A stretch of 23,790 nt of DNA from Candidatus Iainarchaeum sp. (GTDB lineage Archaea > Iainarchaeota > Iainarchaeia > Iainarchaeales > GCA-2688035), in NCBI GenBank assembly GCA_028713935.1, contig JAQTNI010000018.1, positions 1 to 23,790 on the forward strand, written 5' to 3'. The notes beneath the pieces were generated by a model. That model was not told the DNA's origin, made no database searches, and saw only the letters and a program-made list of their open reading frames with translations. Positions 1 through 9,100 of the stretch are shown here, one piece after another. The position numbers and the translations under genes are program-made. Within the stretch, counting starts at the first letter, position 1. Every line of letters starts with the position of its first letter.

Positions 1-44
1 CATCACAACATCAAAGTAGTGCAAGACGCCCCCGCAATCTGATA

Positions 45-101
45 CTCCGTGGCGCGAAGCGCCCGGAGAGATTCACAGGGCCATAGGGGCGGAGCCCCTA
101 T
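45..101. other. Two adjacent GC-rich stem-loops, an unassigned structured element
   Basis: Hairpin 1: ctccg(45-49), bulge t50, ggcgc(51-55), loop gaa, gcgcc(59-63), cggag(64-68), giving 10 bp. Hairpin 2: ataggggc(83-90), loop gga, gcccctat(94-101), giving 8 bp perfect. Both lie in a locally GC-rich island next to AT-rich DNA. No convincing coding frame crosses them. Confidence 0.4.
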
Positions 102-180
102 TGTCATACAATTATCTTGCAAAAATATTGATTTTGTTTCTGTCAAATTAAGCAGGGAGGGAATAATTGCAGTAAGGAAT

Positions 181-549
181 TTGGCAATCAAAAGGTTTGG
201 TTCGATTAATGAAACTGCAAGCTTTGCGTGTATTTCTAAAACTACTCTCTGGAACTGGCTGTCAGAAAAATCAAATATCCCTCTTTGTGATTTGAAAAGA
301 ATAGTGAGAATTTTAGGCTTGAAAAGAGTAAAAAATAGTTGGATTGAACATTTTTCAACAATGAGAAAAATTTATTTTTTCAATGATTCTTCCAAATTGA
401 TTTCCTCGATTTTTCCGTTAGGTTGCTTTTCCGTAAATATTTGTGAACAAAATTTGAAGACATGTACTTCTGCAGAACGCCAAGTCGCTTTAGGTAACCC
501 TGCTTTAATGCAAGTTTGTTCTAACAATGTTTCAGAATTCCACGCATAA
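181..549 (+). pseudogene. Possible remnant of a helix-turn-helix gene; N-terminal HTH-like segment only
   Basis: Part of ORF 49..549. AIKRFGSINETASFACISKTTLWNWLSEKSNIPLCDLKRIVRILGL reads like an XRE-type HTH. The only in-frame candidate start near it is TTG at 181, after aaggaat. The 3' half is low quality and overlaps the convergent AMMECR1 gene by about 180 nt. The GTG at 49 sits inside a hairpin. Confidence 0.2.
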
Positions 550-995
550 TTTACCGGCACAATTGGTAGCAATAATCCGCTCCTGTATCCGCGCTGCACT
601 ATCAATCCGTCCTGGCCAATTTTGATTTTTTTTAGGCAATCCTTTTTTTCTCCAAAAATTTCTTCAGGCGCTGTAAGGACAGAAACTTCAATCAGAATTT
701 TTTCCAGTTCTTCTGCTTTTAATGGCAGGAATCTTGGATCGTGAAAACCGGCTTCAATAGCCACTTCAATTGTCGCTTCCCAGAGAGGCTTCACACCATA
801 AGGAAAGCCAATGCAGCCCCTTAATTCCTTGCTTGGAAACTCGTTAATTGTAACAAAAACCCCTCTTTCCTTCAAAAATTTGTCATTGCCTGCTTTTTCT
901 CGCCAAAAAGCCCCTGTTGCACTGTAATATTCAATGCTTTTTCTTGCAAGCTTGACTAATTCTTTTCCATCTTCAAGAGACAAAAGTTCAGGCAT
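372..995 (-). CDS. AMMECR1 domain protein
   Basis: Motifs GVFVTINEF...LRGCIGFPYG...AIEAGFHDPRF are characteristic of AMMECR1. I trimmed the TTG-initiated ORF (1085) to the ATG at 995 (MPELLSLEDGKELV), which removes a junk-like N-terminus and leaves an intergenic gap to the upstream gene. Confidence 0.88.
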   Translation of the reverse strand: MPELLSLEDGKELVKLARKSIEYYSATGAFWREKAGNDKFLKERGVFVTINEFPSKELRGCIGFPYGVKPLWEATIEVAIEAGFHDPRFLPLKAEELEKILIEVSVLTAPEEIFGEKKDCLKKIKIGQDGLIVQRGYRSGLLLPIVPVNYAWNSETLLEQTCIKAGLPKATWRSAEVHVFKFCSQIFTEKQPNGKIEEINLEESLKK

Positions 996-1087
996 TAAAA
1001 CACTTGAAGATAATGGGTGCCAAACTGTTTTTAATTTGCTTCTGAAAAAAAGAGCATTTATAAAAGCGGTTTTTGCAGCAATCAATT

Positions 1088-4000
1088 TCAGGGATTTCTA
1101 TGCGCTGCCCACATGGCATCAACAAAAACGCTGTTGTGATATCTGCTGTCTGCTCCGGTGCCGTGCAATTGCGGCAGCCTTCCAATTCCATCCGAAGCAT
1201 CAGTATCCAGAATGCAGGTTCCTGGATTTGCCGGATTATCCCCGAATTTTACGCCATAATCCTGTGCCCACAAGGCAGAATAATCGCACGTGCCGCCAGT
1301 GCAAACTGTTGCGGCATTAGCCGAAGTGCAGGCTGCATTCGGATTGTTTCCACCGGAACACAACCCTGTCATTGGAGCGCATGTGTCTGGTTGTGTCCAG
1401 GTTCCAAAAGAAACCCACCGGTCGGCATAAGTCAATTGTGCAGTGTCATTCCAAACGCTTGCCATTCCGGGAATAAGGTATTCGACAAGCGCGCTTCCCT
1501 TGAGCGCCTTGGAAGTGCAACAACCCTGATATAATCCGCCCGGAACAGAACCACCATCAATAAACAAATAAGGGTCTTTGCAGTCTTTTGAACTTTCATG
1601 GCCTTGCATGCGCAAGTCATTCCAATAACTCAGTGCTTCATTGCCATAATTGCATCGGTCTTGTCCCCAGATAACAGTTCCTATTGGGCTTGTCCAGGTG
1701 TTCCCGGTTTCCGCAAAAGCGTTTTTTGGCGCAGTGCTTACTGCATCTTTCATTGCCTGATTGTTCAATAGAACCGCGGCAAAAGCCAGTGGAAGTTTCA
1801 TTCCCAAATCATGCCCGCCATCAGCAGTCCAGCTTTGTCCCGCCGCACGCATTGCAAAAACATCGATTCCGTACTGCACCAATGCAATTACCGCCGCGCT
1901 TCTTTCCGCTTCAGAATCGCCTGTTTTTGCAAGCATTATGCGCAATGCAGCATCCGTGTTATTATTGGAAACATCCGGCCCATAGGGGTCGGTAAGCTGG
2001 AAATTATCCACCGGATGAATCTGGTCACCACTGTATCCAAGTTTGTGAACCAGTTGCACCCTGTCAATTTTTCTTTTTGCTGCAGCCAGTGTCGGCGCAA
2101 CAGCATCAATTGCCGGGCTCGTGGAAAGCCTTGGAAGAATATTCATCTGCAGACCAGTAGTGGAATACAGTGTTTTTTGGTTTCCGAAGTAGGCTGGCCT
2201 GAAAACGCTTGCTCCGTCATCTGAAGGAACAGTTCCCAAAACAGTTAGCACTGCTGCGGTTTGGAGGTAGGTCTTGAGGCCTGTTTGAGCATAAGGAATA
2301 ACAGAAATTGATTTTACAATAGAGGAATTTGAATTGACAGTACGTGGAAGTGCAGGAACAAGCGCTGCGTTAAAAGTTTCAGCCCGGGTATCGAATCCCT
2401 GCTGATTTAACGCTCCGGAAGGATTTATTTCCCAGCCATTATGCTGTCCGTCAAAAACGGGAGTCATGCTGGTAATTGTAACCGGCCCCAATACCCAGTA
2501 GTCTCCGTTGGCAAATTGTCCTGTTCTGTATCCTTTGTCAAAAGTCCAGGTAATTCCATATTGTGAAAGCGAATTCTGGCAAACAGGGCAGGAACCCCCG
2601 CAATCAACACCTGTTTCCCCATTATTTTGAACTCCGTCCGAACAAGTACCGCCACTGCTACCAACATACTCATAGGCGCCGATATCGTAACCGCTTCCTT
2701 GCGGGCGAGTAATACCGTCAATGTCAACGAACGGACTTGGCAAACTTACAGTCGAAGCCAGATTTGGGTCGCCTGTGTCTTTGACCGAGCTGGTGGGTTG
2801 TAGATGAAAGTCCCAGGCTGAACCAGGAACATAATTAACGAATTGCGGGTCTGCAACAATGTGATTGGAGCCTTCGTTGCTCCAGACACATCGCCCAATC
2901 CCGGTTCCCCAATAACAGGTTGAACCGCAAGCAGGCGATGTTAGCAATGGGTTGTAATAATAATCGTTGTAGTTTGAGTTTACGTTTGTTCCTTTCAGGT
3001 CAATGTTGGTAGAATACAAAATGTTATCTCTGGCAATTATGTTTGAAACATACGCTGCCGGTCCAGCAGTAATGCCAAATACCGGGCAAGTGCTGGCAAT
3101 TGTGTTGGAATGAATGTTCACATTCGAAATGGTTGGGATTGGGTCAAGCCCCATAATGCCGCCTAAACTCATGTCAATAAAGATTCCTTTGGCATTTCCA
3201 TACAGCAAGTCACTGTAAATCACATTCCCATAAATATCAATTTGGTCCTGGTTTCCGGGTGCTTCGTTTGAAAAATAAATATCCTCAGATGAATCTGAAA
3301 GAGTATTATAACGAATAATCAACCCATGCACAAAAGCAGATACACTAATGTTATCCTGATGGCCTGCGCCACCATCATGATAATGAATCCAGTTATTTTC
3401 AACGACAAGATTAGTGCCGTCTATAAGAAGCCCATCATTCCAGTTCTCGTGAACATTATTCCCACGAATGGTTAAATTGGTGTCGCGAACAGCAGAAATT
3501 CCATCCGCGCCAGTAGCATAAACCTCATTGTTTTCTAAGAGAGAATCCGACGACCACCAGGCAATATCAAGCCCGGTTCCCTGAACGTGGTGAACATAAT
3601 TTCCAATAATTTTCAGTCCGATTCCGCCTTGTCCTATTACGCCATCGCTTGTGTAATTTTTTATTTCAAACCCATCAACAGCAGTGTAATCGCTATTACC
3701 CAAATTGATTCCATAGTTGAGGCTGTTTTGCCCATCCAAAATTACCAAACAACCCGTTTTGCCCTGCTTTCCCCTGGCACTCGAATCCCCCTGACAACCT
3801 TCCCCCGAATACGCTTTGAATGTAATCAAATTCCCTGCAGTACCGGAGTGTTGCGGTTCCAGTGTTTCGTTGTATATTCCCGCTCGTACACAAACCACGT
3901 TTCCTGCAACTGCGCTTTGTCCTGCTTTTGTTAGTGTGCACCATGGTTGGGTTATTGTTCCGGGGTTGTTGTCGTTGCAGTTTCCTCCTAGGTTTGCTTT

Positions 4001-5437
4001 GTCGACGTAATGAGTGCAATCAAGACTTGCAGAATTAACTGTTAGTGAAATGTTTCTGGTTGTGTTTCCCTGTCCGTTGGTTGTGTTGGTGAAAGTTACG
4101 GTGTCAGAATAATTTCCTGTTGTCAAACTGTTTGCGTTCGAATTAATCGAAACAGTTACGGTATCAGTTGCTCCGCCAGTTAATGTTCCACTTGTTTTGT
4201 TCAAATCTAACCAGTTTTGGTCTTTAGTTGCTGTCCAGTTGATGCTGGTTGTTCCTGAATTAGTTAAAGTGTATTCTTGTGAATTTGGTGTGAATGGTCC
4301 TCCTGGTGAACCTGAACTGTTTAATCCAGTTGTTGGGTTAACTGTTAGTGCGTTGTTTGTTGGTGTTTCTAAATTGCAGATTGTAATGGTTTGTACTGAT
4401 GTTTGTCCGTTGTCTGCAATGTAACCTAAGTTGTTTATTTGCGTTATTGTGTTTTGGTCTGTTCTGAAGTTGTAATCAGTTGCCAGGTTTTGTTCTGCTT
4501 GCCCTTCAGGAGTTATTGTTACGCTGTACAAGTGGTTCGGAATGTTAATAGTGAGCTTGAAATGGTAAATTGTGCCTGCAGTGTATGCAATTGTGTTTTC
4601 TGCTGAATAGGTGTTTCCGTTTCTAACATCAATTGTTCCATTCGTGTTGAATCTTACAATGGTTGCTAAACTAGAGTATGCTGTTGCGTTTCCATTTGAA
4701 AAGCCTATTACTCCGTCAGAACTGTTTCCATCGGAACTTGCATCAAACTCTGCAACAAATGTGCTTGTTTGATTTTCAATTGAATGGTTCTGCCAGCTTG
4801 TTGTGCTTGTTTCACAGTATGTTCCTGTAAAGTTTTGGTTTGTTTGGCTTGTTGTTAGGTTTGTATAAGAATGGTTTTCTGGTTCAAAAGCCCAGTTTGT
4901 TAGGGTTGGTGTTGTTGTTCCTGTCCAGTGACAAGTTTCTGATAAAGAGTAATAACCGCTGCTGTTTGTTGTTGTGTTGTTTATTGTTACGTTTGGTATG
5001 GGTGTGTTGTTGTTTGTTTTTATGTAGCCTGAAATTGAAAGGTTTTGGTTGTTGCAGTTGCAATCCATGTTGTTTCCGCATTGGCTTGTTCCTGGAGCAT
5101 AAATGATTGTGCATTTTTGGTTTTTGCATTCGTTGTGGCAATTGTTTTCTGTACAAGTGCGTGGTATGCAGTTGATTGTGGTTTCTGGTGTGCATTGGCT
5201 TGGATTTGAACCTGGAACTTGGATGCACTGATTGTTTTTACACTCATAATGAAATTGTTGTGGGTTTGTTCCTATTGTTCCCCGGTTTATTGGGTTTCCG
5301 AAAATATCAGTGATTTGTTCTGGTAAAAAGCTTGGGTTTGTGTTTACAATGCCCAAGATGCTTGTGATTACTATTGCAGAAACTATAATTGCACCGCCAA
5401 TAATCAGCAAGTATTCCAAAGAACCCTGTGCGTTCAT
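1088..5437 (-). CDS. Giant secreted or pilin-anchored multidomain protein: class III signal peptide, Cys-rich modules, Ig/LamG-like units, parallel beta-helix, unassigned C-terminal domain
   Basis: Uninterrupted 1453-codon ORF. The track start is TTG at 5449 and the first ATG is at 5437, giving MNAQGSLEYLLIIGGAIIVSAIV (class III signal pattern). Beta-helix repeats (NNVHENWNDGLLIDGTNLVVENNWIHYHDGG, DIGAYEY end). CSDGVQNNGETGVDCGGSCPVC module at 2579-2644. Confidence 0.9.
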   Translation of the reverse strand: MNAQGSLEYLLIIGGAIIVSAIVITSILGIVNTNPSFLPEQITDIFGNPINRGTIGTNPQQFHYECKNNQCIQVPGSNPSQCTPETTINCIPRTCTENNCHNECKNQKCTIIYAPGTSQCGNNMDCNCNNQNLSISGYIKTNNNTPIPNVTINNTTTNSSGYYSLSETCHWTGTTTPTLTNWAFEPENHSYTNLTTSQTNQNFTGTYCETSTTSWQNHSIENQTSTFVAEFDASSDGNSSDGVIGFSNGNATAYSSLATIVRFNTNGTIDVRNGNTYSAENTIAYTAGTIYHFKLTINIPNHLYSVTITPEGQAEQNLATDYNFRTDQNTITQINNLGYIADNGQTSVQTITICNLETPTNNALTVNPTTGLNSSGSPGGPFTPNSQEYTLTNSGTTSINWTATKDQNWLDLNKTSGTLTGGATDTVTVSINSNANSLTTGNYSDTVTFTNTTNGQGNTTRNISLTVNSASLDCTHYVDKANLGGNCNDNNPGTITQPWCTLTKAGQSAVAGNVVCVRAGIYNETLEPQHSGTAGNLITFKAYSGEGCQGDSSARGKQGKTGCLVILDGQNSLNYGINLGNSDYTAVDGFEIKNYTSDGVIGQGGIGLKIIGNYVHHVQGTGLDIAWWSSDSLLENNEVYATGADGISAVRDTNLTIRGNNVHENWNDGLLIDGTNLVVENNWIHYHDGGAGHQDNISVSAFVHGLIIRYNTLSDSSEDIYFSNEAPGNQDQIDIYGNVIYSDLLYGNAKGIFIDMSLGGIMGLDPIPTISNVNIHSNTIASTCPVFGITAGPAAYVSNIIARDNILYSTNIDLKGTNVNSNYNDYYYNPLLTSPACGSTCYWGTGIGRCVWSNEGSNHIVADPQFVNYVPGSAWDFHLQPTSSVKDTGDPNLASTVSLPSPFVDIDGITRPQGSGYDIGAYEYVGSSGGTCSDGVQNNGETGVDCGGSCPVCQNSLSQYGITWTFDKGYRTGQFANGDYWVLGPVTITSMTPVFDGQHNGWEINPSGALNQQGFDTRAETFNAALVPALPRTVNSNSSIVKSISVIPYAQTGLKTYLQTAAVLTVLGTVPSDDGASVFRPAYFGNQKTLYSTTGLQMNILPRLSTSPAIDAVAPTLAAAKRKIDRVQLVHKLGYSGDQIHPVDNFQLTDPYGPDVSNNNTDAALRIMLAKTGDSEAERSAAVIALVQYGIDVFAMRAAGQSWTADGGHDLGMKLPLAFAAVLLNNQAMKDAVSTAPKNAFAETGNTWTSPIGTVIWGQDRCNYGNEALSYWNDLRMQGHESSKDCKDPYLFIDGGSVPGGLYQGCCTSKALKGSALVEYLIPGMASVWNDTAQLTYADRWVSFGTWTQPDTCAPMTGLCSGGNNPNAACTSANAATVCTGGTCDYSALWAQDYGVKFGDNPANPGTCILDTDASDGIGRLPQLHGTGADSRYHNSVFVDAMWAAHRNP

Positions 5438-5593
5438 CCACAAAAACAATGGCTTTTCAGAATAAATACTTTTCTATTGGGCCGGCTTTAGTTTAGGGCG
5501 TTATTGGAAGGATGCTCAAAAATTGCCTTTCTGTTTTTTGTCGAACTGCAGGCTGTTTTCTTAGGCCTTCTTTTTTGCCTTTTTGTTATAATT

Positions 5594-5796
5594 TTGTTTT
5601 CTTTTCATGCGCGCCAGAGAATATTGTTAAGAGGCATTGAAGAATCAACAGTAATTTATATTCTTAAAAATCCTGATTTTGTTGAAGAATCTTTTGATGG
5701 AGAAAAATTGCAGTTAAAAAATTGGAAAAAACCTGGCACGTTGTTTTCGCAGAGGAAGCAGGCAGGATTATTGTAATCAGCGTTTTTTTCTTTTAA
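5594..5796 (+). pseudogene. DUF4258-family (toxin-like) gene with a 1-nt frameshift in an A5 run
   Basis: Frame 1 from TTG 5594 reads MFSFHARQRILLRGIEESTVIYILKNPDFVEESFDGEK. From 5701 the other frame reads (R)KIAVKKLEKTWHVVFAEEAGRIIVISVFFF*, with the stop at 5794-5796. Together they form a canonical about 67-aa DUF4258 protein. One extra A in aaaaa (5703-5707) would restore the frame. Confidence 0.55.
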
Positions 5797-6008
5797 GCGA
5801 TTGCTTCCAGAACTTTTAAGCGGCTTTCCGGCAAATTTTTTGATGCATTGAGAATTTCAATGCCAATTATTTTTTTATCTGCGTCAAAATCAATAAGAAT
5901 ATCTTCTTTCAACGGCAAAGTTTGTTTCACAATGCCTGGCTGCATTTTTCCTATTGCAATGCAGATTGCGTCTGCTTGTTTGTCAAAAGGCAATTTTGCA
6001 TTTTTCAT
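5793..6008 (-). CDS. DUF2283-family protein (antitoxin-like partner of DUF4258)
   Basis: MKNAKLPFDKQADAICIAIGK...ILIDFDADKKIIGIEILNASKNL matches the YDxEADALYI...D..G.I.GIEIL.AS pattern. I chose the ATG at 6008, which gives 71 aa. An A/T-rich TATA-like box (atttttttaaag on the minus strand) lies about 25-30 nt upstream, suggesting a leaderless mRNA. Confidence 0.7.
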   Translation of the reverse strand: MKNAKLPFDKQADAICIAIGKMQPGIVKQTLPLKEDILIDFDADKKIIGIEILNASKNLPESRLKVLEAIA

Positions 6009-6087
6009 AAAATAAGCTTTCTTCAAGCCCTTTAAAAAAATATGCAAAAAACAAGCCTGTTCGTTTTTTGCCGAACCCGTCGCATGA

Positions 6088-6095
6088 TTTTTAAA
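6088..6095 (+). promoter_or_regulatory. TATA-box candidate for the 1388-aa gene (leaderless or short-leader mRNA)
   Basis: tttttaaa is centred about 26 nt upstream of the ATG at 6118, which is the usual archaeal TATA-to-TSS spacing. No Shine-Dalgarno site lies between them. Confidence 0.35.
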
Positions 6096-6117
6096 CCTGT
6101 CCAGAGCGGTTTTTTTC

Positions 6118-9100
6118 ATGAAAAAAATTCCAAAGTACTTTTTCATGGCATTGCTTCTTGCCGTAATTTTTTTTCTCTCCGGGTGTGTTTCCAATGAGCT
6201 TTCCGATTCTGAAAGATTTTTGTGCAGTGATTTGAGCAGCAAGTCTTTTGCTTTTGTGCCTGAATGTGATTCCCAGGAAAAATGTTTTGAAAAGGCCGAA
6301 TCAGAGCTTTTTAATTTTGATTCCAGTGCCCTGCCTCAAAATTCAAAATCAATGCTTTTTTCTCTTGAAAACAACCTTGCTTCAAGCTGGCTTTTTTTTG
6401 GCAAGGCAGGGAAAAACATAAAGGCAATCAATTCAATATGCTCTTCAGGAGAAAATCTGCAGGGCCTTGCTTCAGAGATAAATGAATTGAACCACAATCT
6501 CGCAAATTCTTTCAAATTTTCAGACAAGGCAAGCAAATTTGCTTTTGCAATTCTGTCTGAAGAAGGGCAAAACCTTGATTCCGAAAAAATTTTTCTTGCA
6601 AAAGAAGAGCCATTGTTCAGCGATTTTATTCTTTTGAACAACAACCTTAATGATTTGCAGGCGCAAAGCCTCAATTCAGAATCTTTTTCAGGATATTACC
6701 TTGTCCAGATGAAAAGCCTTGAAGGCCTGATGCAGAAAACAGGCTTTGAAAGGGATTTTGTTGAAGAAGAAACCCCGATTGATTTTTTCAGGCAGCATGA
6801 ATCGGAAATAATGGGCTCGGAACAGTCAAAAAGAATCCTGAAAATTCCCTTTATTTCCAAAACAATTGATTATTTTGTTTCTTTTCTGGATGGCTTTTTG
6901 AGAATCAATTCCGCTTCTGAAGCGCTTGCAAAAATGCCTGCTTTTGAATATTTGCAGGCATACAATAACCTTGCAGGCACGGAAAATTCCGCAATTAAAA
7001 AATTTTCCGAACTCCTCAAATTTGATTCTTTGCACAGGCTTGAATTGCTTGAAAGGAATTCAATGCTTGAAATGCAAATCCTTGAAAAAATCAATTCGGC
7101 TTCACAAAAAATTGATTCGCTTTCAGCAAGGGAATTTGTTTCTTTTGACACAAATTTTTTTGCGGAGCTTTACTCTCTTTTAGAAGGGGATTCGCAGCTT
7201 GAAACACAGAAGTTTGCACTTCAGGATTTTTCAGGCTTTCGGGAAAAGGCGCTTGCAGAGCTTCTCCCAATGCAGGTTAGCATAAACGAACTGAAGCAAA
7301 AAAGCGTTTTGGGAACAATCACAATCGGCGAAAGAACAGAAGCCCTGAAAAACCTGGATCTTGATGTTTCCTCTTTGATTGAAAACCTTTCTTTTTTGGA
7401 ATCAGAGGCAATTTCAGGCCTTGAAGTGCTCTGTGAAGAAAGAACAGGCAAAATTTCTGATTTTCTTGATGAACAGGAAAAGGGGCTGTTTCTGCAAAGC
7501 GAATCAGACCTTGCAGCAAGGCTAAGGTTCAGGATTTCAGAATTCAAGGAAGCAGAGGATTTTGACAAAAAGCTTTTTTTGTGCAAAAGCGCAATAGAGG
7601 AATTCAATGATTTGAAGCTTTCAGTCCAGGATTCAAAAGAATATTTGCTTAAGCAGGCCCTATCGCTGGACAATTGCTTTGAAAGCCTGGAAAAAATTTT
7701 TTCTTCAAGGCAGCCCCTTATAGACCTTTCAGATTTCCAGTTAAGGCTTGAAAAAATAAAGCGGATTGAAAAGCCCTATTCCGACCTTGAAAGCGTGAAA
7801 AGGTTCTGCGATTTGCTCCAAAAAGACACAATTAATTTCCTGAATTACAATTCCGAAATAATTGCACTGAAAAAAAGCTTTTCCCATTCAAAAGAATTGC
7901 TTGAAAAACTTGTTCTTGTAAATGAGCGCTCAGGCAATTTTTCTTCAGGCATTTCCCTTAGTGCTTTCCAGTCAAGGCTTTCAGGGAACGCAAAATATTT
8001 TTCAGAAAACTCAGTTATCTTTGAAAAAGCGCTTCCTGTCCTGCCCGACCTTAAAGAAAGCCTTTTTTCTCTGGAAGAAAGCCTTGAAAAAGAGCTTGAC
8101 AAGGCAATAGCGGATTTTGCATCAAAAAATTCTTCAATTGAATATTTCTTTGATTCAGTGCCTGAACTGAACAATGATTTCAATGCGCGCATAAGAATAA
8201 CTGCAACCAACCCTTTCCAGGCAACAAAAAAAGTTTCCCTGAAAATCCCTTTCTCCGGCTTTGCTTCCCGGCCTGCACTGCCGGAAAACATGGTTTTCAG
8301 TGATGGCTTCCTTTTCATTGGCCTTGATTCTCTCCCTTTAGGAATTTCTTTTTTTGAATTCCAGGCAATGCAAAGCATTCCCTTTGAAGAGGAAACAATT
8401 GTGCTGAGCGCAACAGAAGCAACAGTTGCGCTTGAAAAAAAGCTTGTGCTCAAAACAACTGCTTCTTTGCCACGCATCAAAATAGAAACAAAGCTCATTG
8501 ATTCAAAAGCCTCTCCCCTGGACATTTTCATTGCTTGCAAAAACCCGGTTTCGGCTTTTTCCCTGCAGGAAAACAAAATTTCTTTTTTCATTGACAAGCC
8601 AATCCCAAACCAGCAAATTGAAATATATTTTTCAATTCCCAAAGGAATTGATTCTTCAATTGCACTGGATTCCTCAAAACAGGCAGACATGAACAATTTT
8701 GAAAGCACTTTCTCAATTTTAATAAAAAACACTCTGCCAATTGCAATTGAAAACGCATCCTTTTCACTTTCCATTCCACTTTCCCAAGAAAAAATAACAA
8801 ATTTTTTTGTCCTTGATTCAGCAGGAGAAAAAGCCCCATCAAAAATAAATTCTGGCAAATTGCTGTTTGAGCTGAAAAAAATCTTCCCATTTGAAACAAA
8901 AAAATTTTTGCTGGCACTTTCCTACAAAGACAGCACTGGCTTCTGGCTTGGATTCCTTGAAAAAACAAGGCAAACAGCAGAACTTCTTTCTTCCCCTGAA
9001 GGAAAAGGACTGCTTGCAGAACTCTCTTCTTTTTCCGAAACAGACCTGAAAAACGATTCAAAAATTTCAAGGCTTGTTTCAATTGCAGGCGAAATTTCAA

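Noticed and set aside
45-110. H/ACA-type sRNA: each hairpin is followed by an ACA (75-77 and 108-110)
   Set aside because: The hairpins are only 24 and 19 nt long. They have no internal pseudouridylation pocket or K-turn, so they are far too small for archaeal H/ACA units.
3-191. 62-aa minus-strand ORF, and the GTG-49 start of ORF 49..549
   Set aside because: Both run through the two GC-rich hairpins. The translations there (RSARRDSQGHRGGAP and GAPPLWPCESLRALRA) look like translated structured DNA, not protein.
1073-2224. Plus-strand ORFs of 100-150 aa (1073..1534, 1684..1995, 1811..2224) and 3587..3934, antisense to the 1449-aa gene
   Set aside because: They overlap a continuous 1453-codon ORF that has clear domain motifs. 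Their translations are Cys/Arg/Pro-rich junk typical of antisense frames in locally GC-rich coding DNA.
4840-5110. T/G-rich low-complexity DNA (ttgttgttgtgttg...), considered as a microsatellite or phase-variation tract
   Set aside because: It is not a strict tandem repeat. It encodes the Asn/Thr/Cys-rich N-terminal modules of the 1449-aa protein in an intact frame.
5504-5593. N-terminal 30 codons of ORF 5504..5776 (MEGCSKIAFLFFVELQAVFLGLLFCLFVII), considered as a signal peptide or TM segment of the DUF4258 protein
   Set aside because: The TTG start lacks context. DUF4258 proteins are small cytoplasmic proteins that begin just before the (F)S.HA motif. A TTG at 5594 gives the canonical N-terminus.
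7845-8858. 337-aa antisense ORF, plus 7221..7673, 8588..9136, 9747..10163 and others, inside the 1388-aa gene
   Set aside because: They lie opposite a much longer, coherent ORF. The sense protein is poor in Tyr, His and Gln. This suppresses TTA, CTA and TCA trinucleotides in the offset register, and therefore suppresses antisense stop codons. The antisense translations are low-complexity (S/F/K/E-rich) with no motifs, so this is a compositional artefact.
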